A DNA stretch of 64,000 bases from Armatimonadetes bacterium UBA5352 (GCA_002411015.1 DHPY01000074.1:4126-68125); one strand, 5' to 3'; numbered from the stretch's first letter, positions 36,994 through 45,427 are shown. Translations and numbers: made by a program. The notes: generated from the sequence alone by a model not told the origin.

Positions 36994-37635
36994 ATGAGCG
37001 AACAGCGGGACCTTGATGCGATCTGGCAACAGGCGCGTGAGAAGCTGCTTGACGAGATGGGAGACTTCAACCGGAGTCTCTGGGACGCCGCGAACGCCGC
37101 GCAGGCGCTGATGCTCGACGAGGAAACCTTCGTCCTCGGCATCGAGCCCGGGAAGATGGGGCTGGGCAGCCATCTCACCAGCACCGCCAACGGCCCGCTG
37201 GTGCGGCAGGTGGTGGAGCAGGTCGTGGGGCGGCCGATCAAGGTCGAGCTTGTTGAGGGCATCGGTCCGGAGGCGTGGGAGCGGGAGAAGAAGCGGCGCG
37301 AGGTTCGCGAGCAGATGGCGGCTCGGCAGGAGCAGGCGATGCGCGAGACGGCGGGCGCGCGCGCGATCTGGGGCTCACTCTATGAGGAGCTGGGCCAGCT
37401 CTTCGGCACTGTGCGGGAGCGCCGCTTCCCGATGGTGCGAGCGCAGATGTTCGCGAAGGCACTGCTCGCGGTGCGCGATGCCGAGACGCGGGCCATCGAG
37501 CAGGAGCCGGAGGCGCAGCAGTTCCATGAGGAGCAGCTCAACCGCAACATCACGCGCATCGCCACCCTCTCCGATGTGCCGGAGACAATCGTGGCGGTGG
37601 AGTACCTGCGCGTGCGGCGGGTGAAGAAGGACTGA
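36994..37635 (+). CDS. Hypothetical protein with a DnaA N-terminal-domain-like region
   Basis: ATG 36994 follows AGGAGGG. The sequence LDAIWQQAREKLLDEMGDFNRSLWDAANAAQALMLDEETFVLGIEPGKMGL...VGRPIKVELV follows the DnaA_N pattern (W..al..l......f..w........l....l.l..p). The remainder is a charged helical region. Confidence 0.55.
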   Translation: MSEQRDLDAIWQQAREKLLDEMGDFNRSLWDAANAAQALMLDEETFVLGIEPGKMGLGSHLTSTANGPLVRQVVEQVVGRPIKVELVEGIGPEAWEREKKRREVREQMAARQEQAMRETAGARAIWGSLYEELGQLFGTVRERRFPMVRAQMFAKALLAVRDAETRAIEQEPEAQQFHEEQLNRNITRIATLSDVPETIVAVEYLRVRRVKKD

Positions 37636-37642
37636 AGCCGAT

Positions 37643-37670
37643 GGCGGGGCCGGCATCCGGCCCCGCCTTT
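37643..37670. terminator. Bidirectional intrinsic terminator between convergent genes
   Basis: ggcggggccgg-cat-ccggccccgcc (11-bp stem) followed by ttt. It lies between the stops at 37635 (+) and 37670 (-). Confidence 0.6.
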
Positions 37671-38008
37671 CACTTCATGCAGGCGACGCGGCCACTGCCG
37701 TCCGTGCTGAAGTGGTTGCGCACGCAGTTGCAGCAGACGCCTTTGTTGCCGCACGGGTCCCAGGTGCAGACGCAGAAGTCGAGGTTGCGCTGCTGGTTGG
37801 TGGCGCATGCCTTCTGCGCCTGGCTCACGAGGGCCATGGTGGCCGCATCGCGCATGGCGCCCCGCATGCAGGCGCTCTTACCACCCTTCGCGGCGTGCGC
37901 CTGGATGCACTCACAGCAGATCCCACGGTTGCCGCAGTTCTCCGATGTGCACGGGCACATCTGCAAGTTGATCGCGTAGTTCATGCACTGCTCGGGCAGT
38001 GTCGCCAT
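37670..38008 (-). CDS. Small cysteine-rich protein with two tandem CxC...CGN[RK]G[IV]CCxC[IV]xxH modules
   Basis: 112 aa with 16 Cys. ACGGAGGA RBS. Repeat 1 is NLQMCPCTSENCGNRGICCECIQAH..SACM. Repeat 2 is NLDFCVCTWDPCGNKGVCCNCVRNH..VACM. Confidence 0.7.
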   Translation of the reverse strand: MATLPEQCMNYAINLQMCPCTSENCGNRGICCECIQAHAAKGGKSACMRGAMRDAATMALVSQAQKACATNQQRNLDFCVCTWDPCGNKGVCCNCVRNHFSTDGSGRVACMK

Positions 38009-38118
38009 AGCGCCGTCCTCCGTAGTCGGGTGCGCCTTGCTCGCTGCTCCGGACCCAAAGAAGGCATTTCGCCCCCATGATTTGCTTTCCCTTTATGTTT
38101 CTCTGCGCACGGATCGGG

Positions 38119-38124
38119 TATAAT
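38119..38124 (+). promoter_or_regulatory. Consensus -10 hexamer TATAAT (candidate promoter of an sRNA)
   Basis: Perfect tataat in a lower-GC non-coding stretch. The -35 is poor (tgtttc at 17-nt spacing). Confidence 0.3.
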
Positions 38125-38130
38125 CCTTGT

Positions 38131-38311
38131 GCCACAAGGTGCTACAGGAAGCAGGTTGGAGTGAGGCCTATGATTGACCTGTAGCTGCTACCCGAGACAG
38201 GCCGCATCACAGAGCATTCATACTCGGAGGTGGCACCAGCTTAGACCAAACGCCGGCACAACTGAATACGAAGCAGGAGGCCCGCCCGAGTTCGTCGGGC
38301 GGGCCTCTTTT
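38131..38311 (+). ncRNA. Candidate structured small RNA (~180 nt), class unknown
   Basis: Bounded by the TATAAT box and the intrinsic terminator. No credible ORF. By eye, nested complementary segments are ttgtgcc/ggcacaa, ggtgc/gcacc, gctacagg/cctgtagc and ccgag/ctcgg. Confidence 0.3.
38279..38311 (+). terminator. Rho-independent terminator
   Basis: ggcccgcccga-gttcg-tcgggcgggcc (11-bp stem) followed by tctttt on the + strand. It could also act for the minus-strand gene ending at 38331. Confidence 0.65.
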
Positions 38312-38330
38312 CATCAGTGCACGTGGCCGA

Positions 38331-38543
38331 TCAGTTCCCGGTCGGCGCGCCTCGCCAGGTCCGCCCGAAGCGGTACTCTTCGCAGTCGATGACCAGGATA
38401 TCGCCGCGATAGCCGTCTACGCGCTCCCACAGTTCATAGCGGCCGCCACGATCCGCAAGGATAGCTACGCCGCCCCTGGGGTCCTTGCGGACGACCTCAT
38501 AGCCGGTGCTTGCAGGCTCCTGCCGGATCTCCTCCATGGACAT
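38331..38543 (-). CDS. Hypothetical small protein (70 aa)
   Basis: GGGAGG RBS 6 nt upstream of the ATG. No recognisable motif (MSMEEIRQEPASTGYEVVRKDPRGGVAILADRGGRYELWERVDGYRGDILVIDCEEYRF...). Confidence 0.55.
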   Translation of the reverse strand: MSMEEIRQEPASTGYEVVRKDPRGGVAILADRGGRYELWERVDGYRGDILVIDCEEYRFGRTWRGAPTGN

Positions 38544-38867
38544 GACAGACCTCCCTCTCTGCAGCTCTCGTAGTCACAGGCACGATGGTAGCGGAACTGA
38601 GGGCATCGTGCACATCCGTACTTCCCCCGGATACCGGGCCGTCGGTATACCCGTTTGCACTCAGGATGAACCCGCGATCTCGCCGCACCCTCAGAGCGCT
38701 CACGCCCGGTACCGATCAGAAAAAACGTCAGATTGCAGGGAAGGATGTCTTCATGTGGAAGAATATGGCGAGGATGACACGCTACAGCAACGAGATCGTG
38801 GGGGCGCACGCGTCGGTAACGCCGTTTGCCCGCTGCATCGTGGAATGCGAGCAGGGAGGTGCTACCG

Positions 38868-41800
38868 GTGGAGACGGTACCGTCGGGGCGCGCAGCGCGC
38901 GAGGCCATCATCAATATCGGCCTGATGCTGGCCTGGGTCGCAGTCACGGTCTGGCTCATCTCATGGTCTCGCGCGGGCGATCCCGCGCACAGCCGCTTCT
39001 ACGTCGTGTTGATCGGCGGGGCCCCGCTGGCCTGCTTCTACGCCTGCCGCATCTCGACCCTGCGCCTCGTGGTTTCTCTGATCGTGGCCGCGGCGCTGGG
39101 TTACCTCATCGAGTACGTAGCCGGCGTTGCCCGGGTCTGGGATTACCCGCCCTTTGACGGCTCAGGGCGGCCCGCCCTGTACGTCGCCTTCATCTTCGGC
39201 TTCTCCTCCATCGCGGCGTTCTCGGTCGCGGAGGCGCTGGATCACCTGCTCCGGCTTCGCCGCGCCTTGCGCGGCATGAGCCTCTACCTCAACTCCGCGA
39301 TCATCTTCGTGGCCTTCGTGACTCTCATCCGCCTGCTCTCCGTGGAGGACCACGGCATCCCCGGCCGTGCGGCGGCAGGCTCCCCCGGCGTCATCGTCTT
39401 CTACACGACGATCGTCCTGCTCGCCTGGTACTTCGCCTCTATCGCCCGCACCGGGCGGCTTCTCAGCCTGCTCACCGCCGGCGGCCTGATCTGCCTCGCG
39501 GGCAACCACCTCGGGGCGGAGGCCGGCCTCTGGCGCTTCACCGAAGGGGCAAAATGCCCGCACTTCCTCCTGTTCGCGGCGTGGCCTCTCGAGGTCCTGG
39601 TCTGGTACAGCCTCGGCGCCTTCGGGAGCGCGTATATCGCCTCGCGACTGCGCCGGGACGGGCAGGAGCTCCTGACACTGGCGCGCGGGTCGCTCGACAA
39701 GATCGCCGAGTCGACCATGCAGCAGGCTTCCTACCTGATGGCGATCGCGCTCTCGGCTGCTATCGCCGGCATGGTCTATGAAGGCGCCCTGTACGCGCCC
39801 GAGCAGTGGCGTTTCGCCCTGGTACCGGCGCTGCTCTTCACGATCGCGGTGGTGACCTCCGAGAGAGCCTACTGGGTACGTATCGTGTGGCTCTTCGGAG
39901 CAGGCATGGCACTTGGCTATGCGCTCTCACTCTGCCAGTTGCTGAAATGGGAGACCGGCACTGGGAGGCACCTCTTCATGCTCCCGGTCTGGGGGATGGC
40001 GGCGGTGGCGGCGTACGGCATCGGTGCCGGGCTCGCGGGCTGGCTCTGGGAGGGCGGGGAGTGGACATCCCTCGACCGTCCTGGCCATGTTCCCGTGCTC
40101 GTTGTGGCCGTCGTGCTCCTGATCGCTATTGGCTTTGGGATCAGCACAGACCTGGTTGGCGGCGCGTCGAGCGGATCATTACTGCCGGCGGTCGTGCTGG
40201 TGACCGCGCTGGCGGTGCTGGCCGCGGCACTGGCAGGGCTCGCCACCGCCATCCCCGTGCTGCTGCTGGGCATCGGCTTTCTGTTCTCCCCCGGGAAGAT
40301 GATGTATGCGTCGCAGCTTCTCTCCGTGCTGCTCTTCGTCTCCGCCGCCGCGCACCTGTGCTACAAGAGCATCGTGGAGATCCGCACGCGCACGCTCTTC
40401 GGCTTCGCGGTCGCCGCCATCGGCCTGTGCGTGATCATCCTCCGGGGCGCCTGGGGGGCGGGCCTGATCGCGCACGACGGCGGCTTCCCGTGGTACCTGG
40501 CGATCGGGCTGGCCCCACTGCTTCTGATGGCAGCCTGCACCGCATCGGGCACCTGGTCGGGCAGCGCGCAGAACCGTGTGCCGCAGGAGGGGCCGAAGCT
40601 CCTGACCGGCCCCGCCTATACGCCGCCTGCTGCAGTGCCTCCACCGGCGAGGTCGGTCGTTGCGCTGGCCGTGGCGCGTGATGACGACGGCGGTACGCGC
40701 GCGCAGCGCTCCTCGGCCTGCCTCGGCCGCGCGCTGCGGATGCTCGATCAGAGCGGCGAAGCCGGCGCGGCCTCGATCTCGCGCTACATCGGCGCGGGCG
40801 AGAGCGTCTTCATCAAGCCGAACGTGGTCCTGCCGCTCTACTCGCCATGCACGGTGCTGCCTGAGCTGATCCATGACCTGGCCGGGCGCTGCGTGCAGGG
40901 CGGGGCCTCCCGGGTGGTCATCGGCGAGACCTCGCTCTCGGAGTTCACCGCGCGGCAGACCCTGGTCTCGACGGGCTTCAAGGAGTACTGGGAGAGCGCG
41001 GATGACGAAGGCCGGATCAAGGTTGAGCTGCTCGATGAGACACAGTGGCTGCCGGTTGACACGGGTACCGCGGAGGACCCGGAGCCGTTCGGCTACCTGC
41101 CACGGTCGCTGGTGGAGTGTGGTAGCTACATCAACGTGAGCAAGCTCAAGACCCACTACATCACCGGGGTGACGCTGGCGATCAAGAACTCGCTCGGGCT
41201 GGTGCTCGACGAGGAGAAGTGGATCGAGCACTGCGGCTGCTACGACGTGCACAGGCTGGCGCGCAAGCTGGTTCGGATCATGCGCGCGCGACCGCCGGAC
41301 CTGGTGATCATCGACGGCTTCGATGGCCTGGAGGGCGACGGGCCGTTCATCGGCACGCGCGTAGATACGCAGTTCATCATCGCCAGCACCGATCCGGTGG
41401 CTGCCGATTGCGTGGGCGCCGCACTGATGGGCCGGGATCCCGCGGAGATCGCCACCTGCAACATCGGCAGTGAGCTTGGCCTCGGGAACAGCGACTGGTC
41501 GCGGATTGGGGTGGTGAGCGAGGACGGGCCGCTCGCGCCGCTTCCCGAGGCCCTTGAGCCGCTCATCCACGACTTCGCCCCTCCGCAGGAAGCGCCGCAG
41601 GGAGAGATTGCGCAGATCGGGCCGCTGACGCTGATCTCCCAGGACCCGCCGGAGCTGCGAGCGGGCCCCTGGTCCACGCTCTACGGCGTGCTCTCGCTCA
41701 TCAGGCCGCTGGCGGAGGTCTACATGCCGGGGGAGTGGGCCAAGCTGCGCGGGATGACCATCGTCTACGGTGAGGTGAAGCGGCCGGTGGAGGCCGAGGC

Positions 41801-41990
41801 GGCGCTGCTGTTCGGCGATCGCGCGATAGCCTCGCGGCAGATGGTCTACGCCCCGATGGTCTGGCAGGTGAAGGGGAGCATCCCGAACCGCTACCTCGCG
41901 GCGATGAGCCAGATCGCCATCGGGGGCGATCTAGCGGTGCTCAAGATCATCTCGACGGCGCTTCTGCGCACGAAGGGGGATTACCTGTGA
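38868..41990 (+). CDS. Polytopic membrane protein fused to a C-terminal DUF362 domain
   Basis: GTG 38868 lies 8 nt after AGGGAGG. About 560 aa of repeated TM modules come first. The DUF362 pattern follows: SVFIKPNVVL, INVSKLKTHYITGVTLAIKNSLG, IIDGFDGLEGDGP and ASTDPVAADCV. Confidence 0.8.
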   Translation: METVPSGRAAREAIINIGLMLAWVAVTVWLISWSRAGDPAHSRFYVVLIGGAPLACFYACRISTLRLVVSLIVAAALGYLIEYVAGVARVWDYPPFDGSGRPALYVAFIFGFSSIAAFSVAEALDHLLRLRRALRGMSLYLNSAIIFVAFVTLIRLLSVEDHGIPGRAAAGSPGVIVFYTTIVLLAWYFASIARTGRLLSLLTAGGLICLAGNHLGAEAGLWRFTEGAKCPHFLLFAAWPLEVLVWYSLGAFGSAYIASRLRRDGQELLTLARGSLDKIAESTMQQASYLMAIALSAAIAGMVYEGALYAPEQWRFALVPALLFTIAVVTSERAYWVRIVWLFGAGMALGYALSLCQLLKWETGTGRHLFMLPVWGMAAVAAYGIGAGLAGWLWEGGEWTSLDRPGHVPVLVVAVVLLIAIGFGISTDLVGGASSGSLLPAVVLVTALAVLAAALAGLATAIPVLLLGIGFLFSPGKMMYASQLLSVLLFVSAAAHLCYKSIVEIRTRTLFGFAVAAIGLCVIILRGAWGAGLIAHDGGFPWYLAIGLAPLLLMAACTASGTWSGSAQNRVPQEGPKLLTGPAYTPPAAVPPPARSVVALAVARDDDGGTRAQRSSACLGRALRMLDQSGEAGAASISRYIGAGESVFIKPNVVLPLYSPCTVLPELIHDLAGRCVQGGASRVVIGETSLSEFTARQTLVSTGFKEYWESADDEGRIKVELLDETQWLPVDTGTAEDPEPFGYLPRSLVECGSYINVSKLKTHYITGVTLAIKNSLGLVLDEEKWIEHCGCYDVHRLARKLVRIMRARPPDLVIIDGFDGLEGDGPFIGTRVDTQFIIASTDPVAADCVGAALMGRDPAEIATCNIGSELGLGNSDWSRIGVVSEDGPLAPLPEALEPLIHDFAPPQEAPQGEIAQIGPLTLISQDPPELRAGPWSTLYGVLSLIRPLAEVYMPGEWAKLRGMTIVYGEVKRPVEAEAALLFGDRAIASRQMVYAPMVWQVKGSIPNRYLAAMSQIAIGGDLAVLKIISTALLRTKGDYL

Positions 41991-43774
41991 GCGACCCGGC
42001 GTCCGACGCGCTACGCTATGCGGTTTCGGGTTTCTTTGACTCCCTGCGGCCGGTGACGCGACAGCAGATGCCGTGGCCCCCTCCCACGTTCCAGAGTCTC
42101 CGCAGCGTCGCCGGCCAGGCCAAGGAGGGAACGCTGTGGGGTGAGCACGCCTGCCGGCAGCTTGAGGTGATCGAGCGCTCCTCGCTGGTCGTCCGGCGGC
42201 TCAAGGGCAGTCCGGTCATCGAGCGGCGTGACAGCCCCTGGACGGTCGAACTTGATGTCACCCGGATCAGCGCCATCGTCGGCTGGATGAGCGTACTGCG
42301 GCCGCTGGATGAGATCTACCATGACCTCTACCAGATCCTCAACCGTGCGCGGCGGTACTTCCGGGCGGGTGATCGCGAGAGCGAGCAGTTCTACCTCTGG
42401 CTGCGGGGCCAGTACCAGGCGTGGGATGAGATCGCGGAGAACTGCAGCCGCGGGCGCGAGTGCCCCGTGCCGTATGAGAAGCTCTCGCTGCCGTACTTCT
42501 TCCCGTGGCTGCGCTTCGACGGCCGGGTGCTGGCGGGCCTCGTAGGGAACGTGCTGCGGCGCGCGATGGGTCCGGACGCATCCATGCTGACCGTCATCGA
42601 GGATGGTCAGCTTACGCCGATCATCTTCTACGAGCAGATCAGCGAGGGCGTCTTCCACTTCCGCCGGCTCTACAAGGGCGAGACCGAGCAGCAGGTGCGA
42701 CTGCTCCTTGCGGCAGAGGGGCGACCTGTCTCCTACGTGAAGCGGGCCACCCTCCAGTGCCTCAAGGGTATCTGGGCCGCTGACAGGCAATTCGCGCTCG
42801 ATGGTGACCGTGCCAAACACACGGCGAGCGTGGTGAAGTGGTTCATCTCAAACCGGCCCGCGCCTGAGGCAGGTGAGGGGTGCGACGAACTCGCTGCGCG
42901 CTCCAGCGCGCAGCGCAAGGTGGCGCAGCAGGAGGTGATCATTGCCCAGGACGCGGGGCGGAACCCGCACCTGATCATCGAGCCGATGCCGCACGTGTTG
43001 GTGGGTGTGCTCGCCGCACTCAACGACATCGAGGTTCGTGAGCCCGAAGCGCAGTCCGGGGGGAAGAAGTGGGGGCTGCCACTGACGTCGCTGCTGCCGA
43101 ACATCTGGATACGAACGCCGGAGGGTATGCTGCGGGTTGACCTGCACTCGTCGATCAACGTCACGATCACTGAGGCGCTGCTGCTTGAGATCGCGGACGT
43201 GCTCTCGAACGTGCGCAGTCTGCATGACGCGGCGGATCAGCTTGCGCGCGTCATCGCGCTGGAGATGCCCTACGGCGGCCTCAGCCTTGACGCGCCGGGC
43301 ATCGCGGGCGGCGTGCTGCGTGCGGCGATGCGTCCCTTCCGGAAGGAGGCGCCCGCCCTGCTGCGCACACTGCGCTGGACGCTCTCGCTGCTCGGCTCGC
43401 CGCTGCGGTTCGTGCTGCAGAGCGGCTCCACCGGCGTGCTCGTGAACATCCTCGACGGCAACGTCTCGCGCATCGTGCTGATGGGAATTCAGGCGGACAG
43501 CCCGCTACCGGAGGCGTGGGTAGAGCTTTGTCAGGACAGCAGCATCGGCTTCGTGCACTTCCTGTTCCGCCTGGAGACGCAGAGTCGCATCGCAGGCCTT
43601 GGGGCGGCGCCGCGCGATGGCTCAGACAGAGTGCCGTCGATCAGCATCGGCCCGGGAAGGCGGCTGGAGTACTATCCCGACAACGCAATCGGCGCTGAGC
43701 TGGCCCGCCACTTCAGGGGGCTCGGCATCGTGAATGCACTGGACCTGCTGCCGGATCTGTTCGCGGCGGAGTGA
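41987..43774 (+). CDS. Hypothetical protein (595 aa), no recognisable domain
   Basis: Its GTG start overlaps the upstream stop (GTGA). It is a uniform coding-like ORF; the opposite-strand ORFs here are Arg/Pro-rich artefacts. Confidence 0.7.
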   Translation: MSDPASDALRYAVSGFFDSLRPVTRQQMPWPPPTFQSLRSVAGQAKEGTLWGEHACRQLEVIERSSLVVRRLKGSPVIERRDSPWTVELDVTRISAIVGWMSVLRPLDEIYHDLYQILNRARRYFRAGDRESEQFYLWLRGQYQAWDEIAENCSRGRECPVPYEKLSLPYFFPWLRFDGRVLAGLVGNVLRRAMGPDASMLTVIEDGQLTPIIFYEQISEGVFHFRRLYKGETEQQVRLLLAAEGRPVSYVKRATLQCLKGIWAADRQFALDGDRAKHTASVVKWFISNRPAPEAGEGCDELAARSSAQRKVAQQEVIIAQDAGRNPHLIIEPMPHVLVGVLAALNDIEVREPEAQSGGKKWGLPLTSLLPNIWIRTPEGMLRVDLHSSINVTITEALLLEIADVLSNVRSLHDAADQLARVIALEMPYGGLSLDAPGIAGGVLRAAMRPFRKEAPALLRTLRWTLSLLGSPLRFVLQSGSTGVLVNILDGNVSRIVLMGIQADSPLPEAWVELCQDSSIGFVHFLFRLETQSRIAGLGAAPRDGSDRVPSISIGPGRRLEYYPDNAIGAELARHFRGLGIVNALDLLPDLFAAE

Positions 43775-43785
43775 GTTGACCGAGT

Positions 43786-45366
43786 GTGCTTGAGTACCGG
43801 ATGAGGCTGTACCTGCTTGGCCATCACATGCGGTGGGTGGTCCTCGCGGTCGCCGCAGGGATTGTGACCTGGGGCAGCCCGGAGGAGCGCGCGCAGGCCC
43901 ACCTCATGTACGCGATGATCGCCTTCGCCTCGCTCTACAACCTCGCGCTGTGGGTCATTCCGTGGAAGCGCTTCGAGGAGGAGGGGCGGGGCAACCTGAT
44001 CGCCATCCCCTACGTGGTCGCCGACACGATCTGCATGGGGATCGTGGTCTACACCACCGGTGGCATCAGCAGCAACATGTACATCGTCTACCTGATGCTG
44101 GTCGTGTGGATCGCGATGTACCCCGGCACGCGCGAGCACTTCTGGCTGTGGGTCATCGTGGTCGCGTCATACGCCGTAGCGGTCTTCCTCAAGGATGCCC
44201 CCACCGGTCAGATGATCTACGCCTTCCTCATGCGCGCCACCATCTTCGGCTTCGTCGCGTGGCTGGCGCATATGAGCTCACACGAGTTGAATTCCGTCTA
44301 CTCGCGGCTCGAGAGCGCCATGCGCGACCTCACGGACGGCGTGGTGGTGCTCGACCGTGAGGGCCGGGTGCTGCTGATGAACCCTCGCTCAACGGAACTG
44401 CTCGGCGTGGCGCAGGCCGATGCGCTGAACAGGCGGATAGCCGACGACGCTGCGCCCGCCAGCCTCGCGCCGCTGCGCACGCTCGTGGCGCCCGCGGAGG
44501 AGACGCTGGTGGATGATGCGACCTCGATCCGCTCCCACGAGGTGGTGCTCGGGGAGTCGCGCCAGCGCGTTCTGCGAGTCTACACGGTGCCCTGCCTTGA
44601 CGATGACGGGGTGGGCCCGGGGGAGATGAAGGTCATCCACGATGTGACCAACCTCAAGGAACTCGACCGGCTGCGCTCGGAGTTCATGTCGGCGCTCACG
44701 CACGACCTGTGCAATCCGCTGCACACGGTGAAGACGATCCTGCGGGTCTTCCGGATGCACGCCCAACCCTCTCTCGACGCTGAGAACGAACGGATGCTGC
44801 ACTCCATCGAGGAGCACATGGACCGGCTGATCCGCCTCACGCGGGAGATGCTCGATGCCGCGCGGGTTGAGGCCGGGACGCTCGAACTGAACGTGGAGGA
44901 GGTGGACCTCGGGGAGGTGGTCTCATCCGTGGTCGACGCGACGCGCTGGGACGCGCAGGCGCGCGGGATCGAGCTGAAGGACGAGATCGCCAAGACACTG
45001 CCTCTCGTCCGCGGTGACCGCGACCGGCTGGTGCGCGTGATCTACAACCTCATCGAGAACGCCGTGAAGTTCACACCGCCGGGTGGCGCGATCACTGTCA
45101 GCGCCGCCGCCGGACCAGACGGTGATGGCATGGCGCTGGTGAGTGTCTGCGACACCGGCCCCGGCATCGCTCCGGAGCAGACCGAGATGATCTTCGACCG
45201 CTTTGTGCGCGCGGGCGATGAGCTTGCGCTCAAGACCCGCGGGGCAGGGCTCGGCCTGCCGATCTGCCGGGAGCTGATCTCCGCGCACGGTGGGCGGCTC
45301 TGGGTGGAGAGCACCCTCGGCGAGGGGAGTCGCTTCCACTTCACCGTGCCGTTGGCCCCGCGATAG
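43786..45366 (+). CDS. Membrane sensor histidine kinase (multi-TM N-terminus, PAS-like, HisKA, HATPase_c)
   Basis: H-box is FMSALTHDLCNPLHT. N-box is IYNLIENAVKF. G-boxes are VCDTGPGI and GAGLGLPICRELISAHGGRLWVES. No response regulator is adjacent. Confidence 0.9.
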   Translation: MLEYRMRLYLLGHHMRWVVLAVAAGIVTWGSPEERAQAHLMYAMIAFASLYNLALWVIPWKRFEEEGRGNLIAIPYVVADTICMGIVVYTTGGISSNMYIVYLMLVVWIAMYPGTREHFWLWVIVVASYAVAVFLKDAPTGQMIYAFLMRATIFGFVAWLAHMSSHELNSVYSRLESAMRDLTDGVVVLDREGRVLLMNPRSTELLGVAQADALNRRIADDAAPASLAPLRTLVAPAEETLVDDATSIRSHEVVLGESRQRVLRVYTVPCLDDDGVGPGEMKVIHDVTNLKELDRLRSEFMSALTHDLCNPLHTVKTILRVFRMHAQPSLDAENERMLHSIEEHMDRLIRLTREMLDAARVEAGTLELNVEEVDLGEVVSSVVDATRWDAQARGIELKDEIAKTLPLVRGDRDRLVRVIYNLIENAVKFTPPGGAITVSAAAGPDGDGMALVSVCDTGPGIAPEQTEMIFDRFVRAGDELALKTRGAGLGLPICRELISAHGGRLWVESTLGEGSRFHFTVPLAPR

Positions 45367-45427
45367 CGGCAGCTGACATGCACGCCGCACTCACTGCCGC
45401 AGGACCGGCAGCGAATGGCGCGATCCC

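Noticed and set aside
34708-37173. Minus-strand ORFs 34708-35586 (292 aa) and 36037-37173 (378 aa)
   Set aside because: They are antisense to the DUF3160-like lipoprotein gene and have biased composition.
38131-38311. Identification of the candidate sRNA as 6S, SRP (4.5S), tmRNA or RNase P RNA
   Set aside because: It contains aggaagcag but lacks the SRP helix-8 context (GUCC-GGAA-GGAAGCAGC). The hand-derived pairing gives a multi-helix junction rather than the single long interrupted hairpin of 6S. The length is wrong and the signatures are missing for tmRNA and RNase P. It is kept only as an unclassified candidate.
38465-39157. ORFs 38465-38959 (-, 164 aa), 38506-38925 (+, 139 aa) and 38585-39157 (+, 190 aa) in the lower-GC region
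   Set aside because: They are mutually overlapping, lack RBS support and have odd composition. They also overlap the supported 70-aa gene and the start of the DUF362 fusion gene, so the region is more likely non-coding or regulatory.
40179-42820. Minus-strand ORFs 40179-41570 (463 aa) and 42011-42820 (269 aa)
   Set aside because: They are antisense to the DUF362 fusion and the 595-aa gene. They are Arg/His/Asp/Gly-rich with no motifs.
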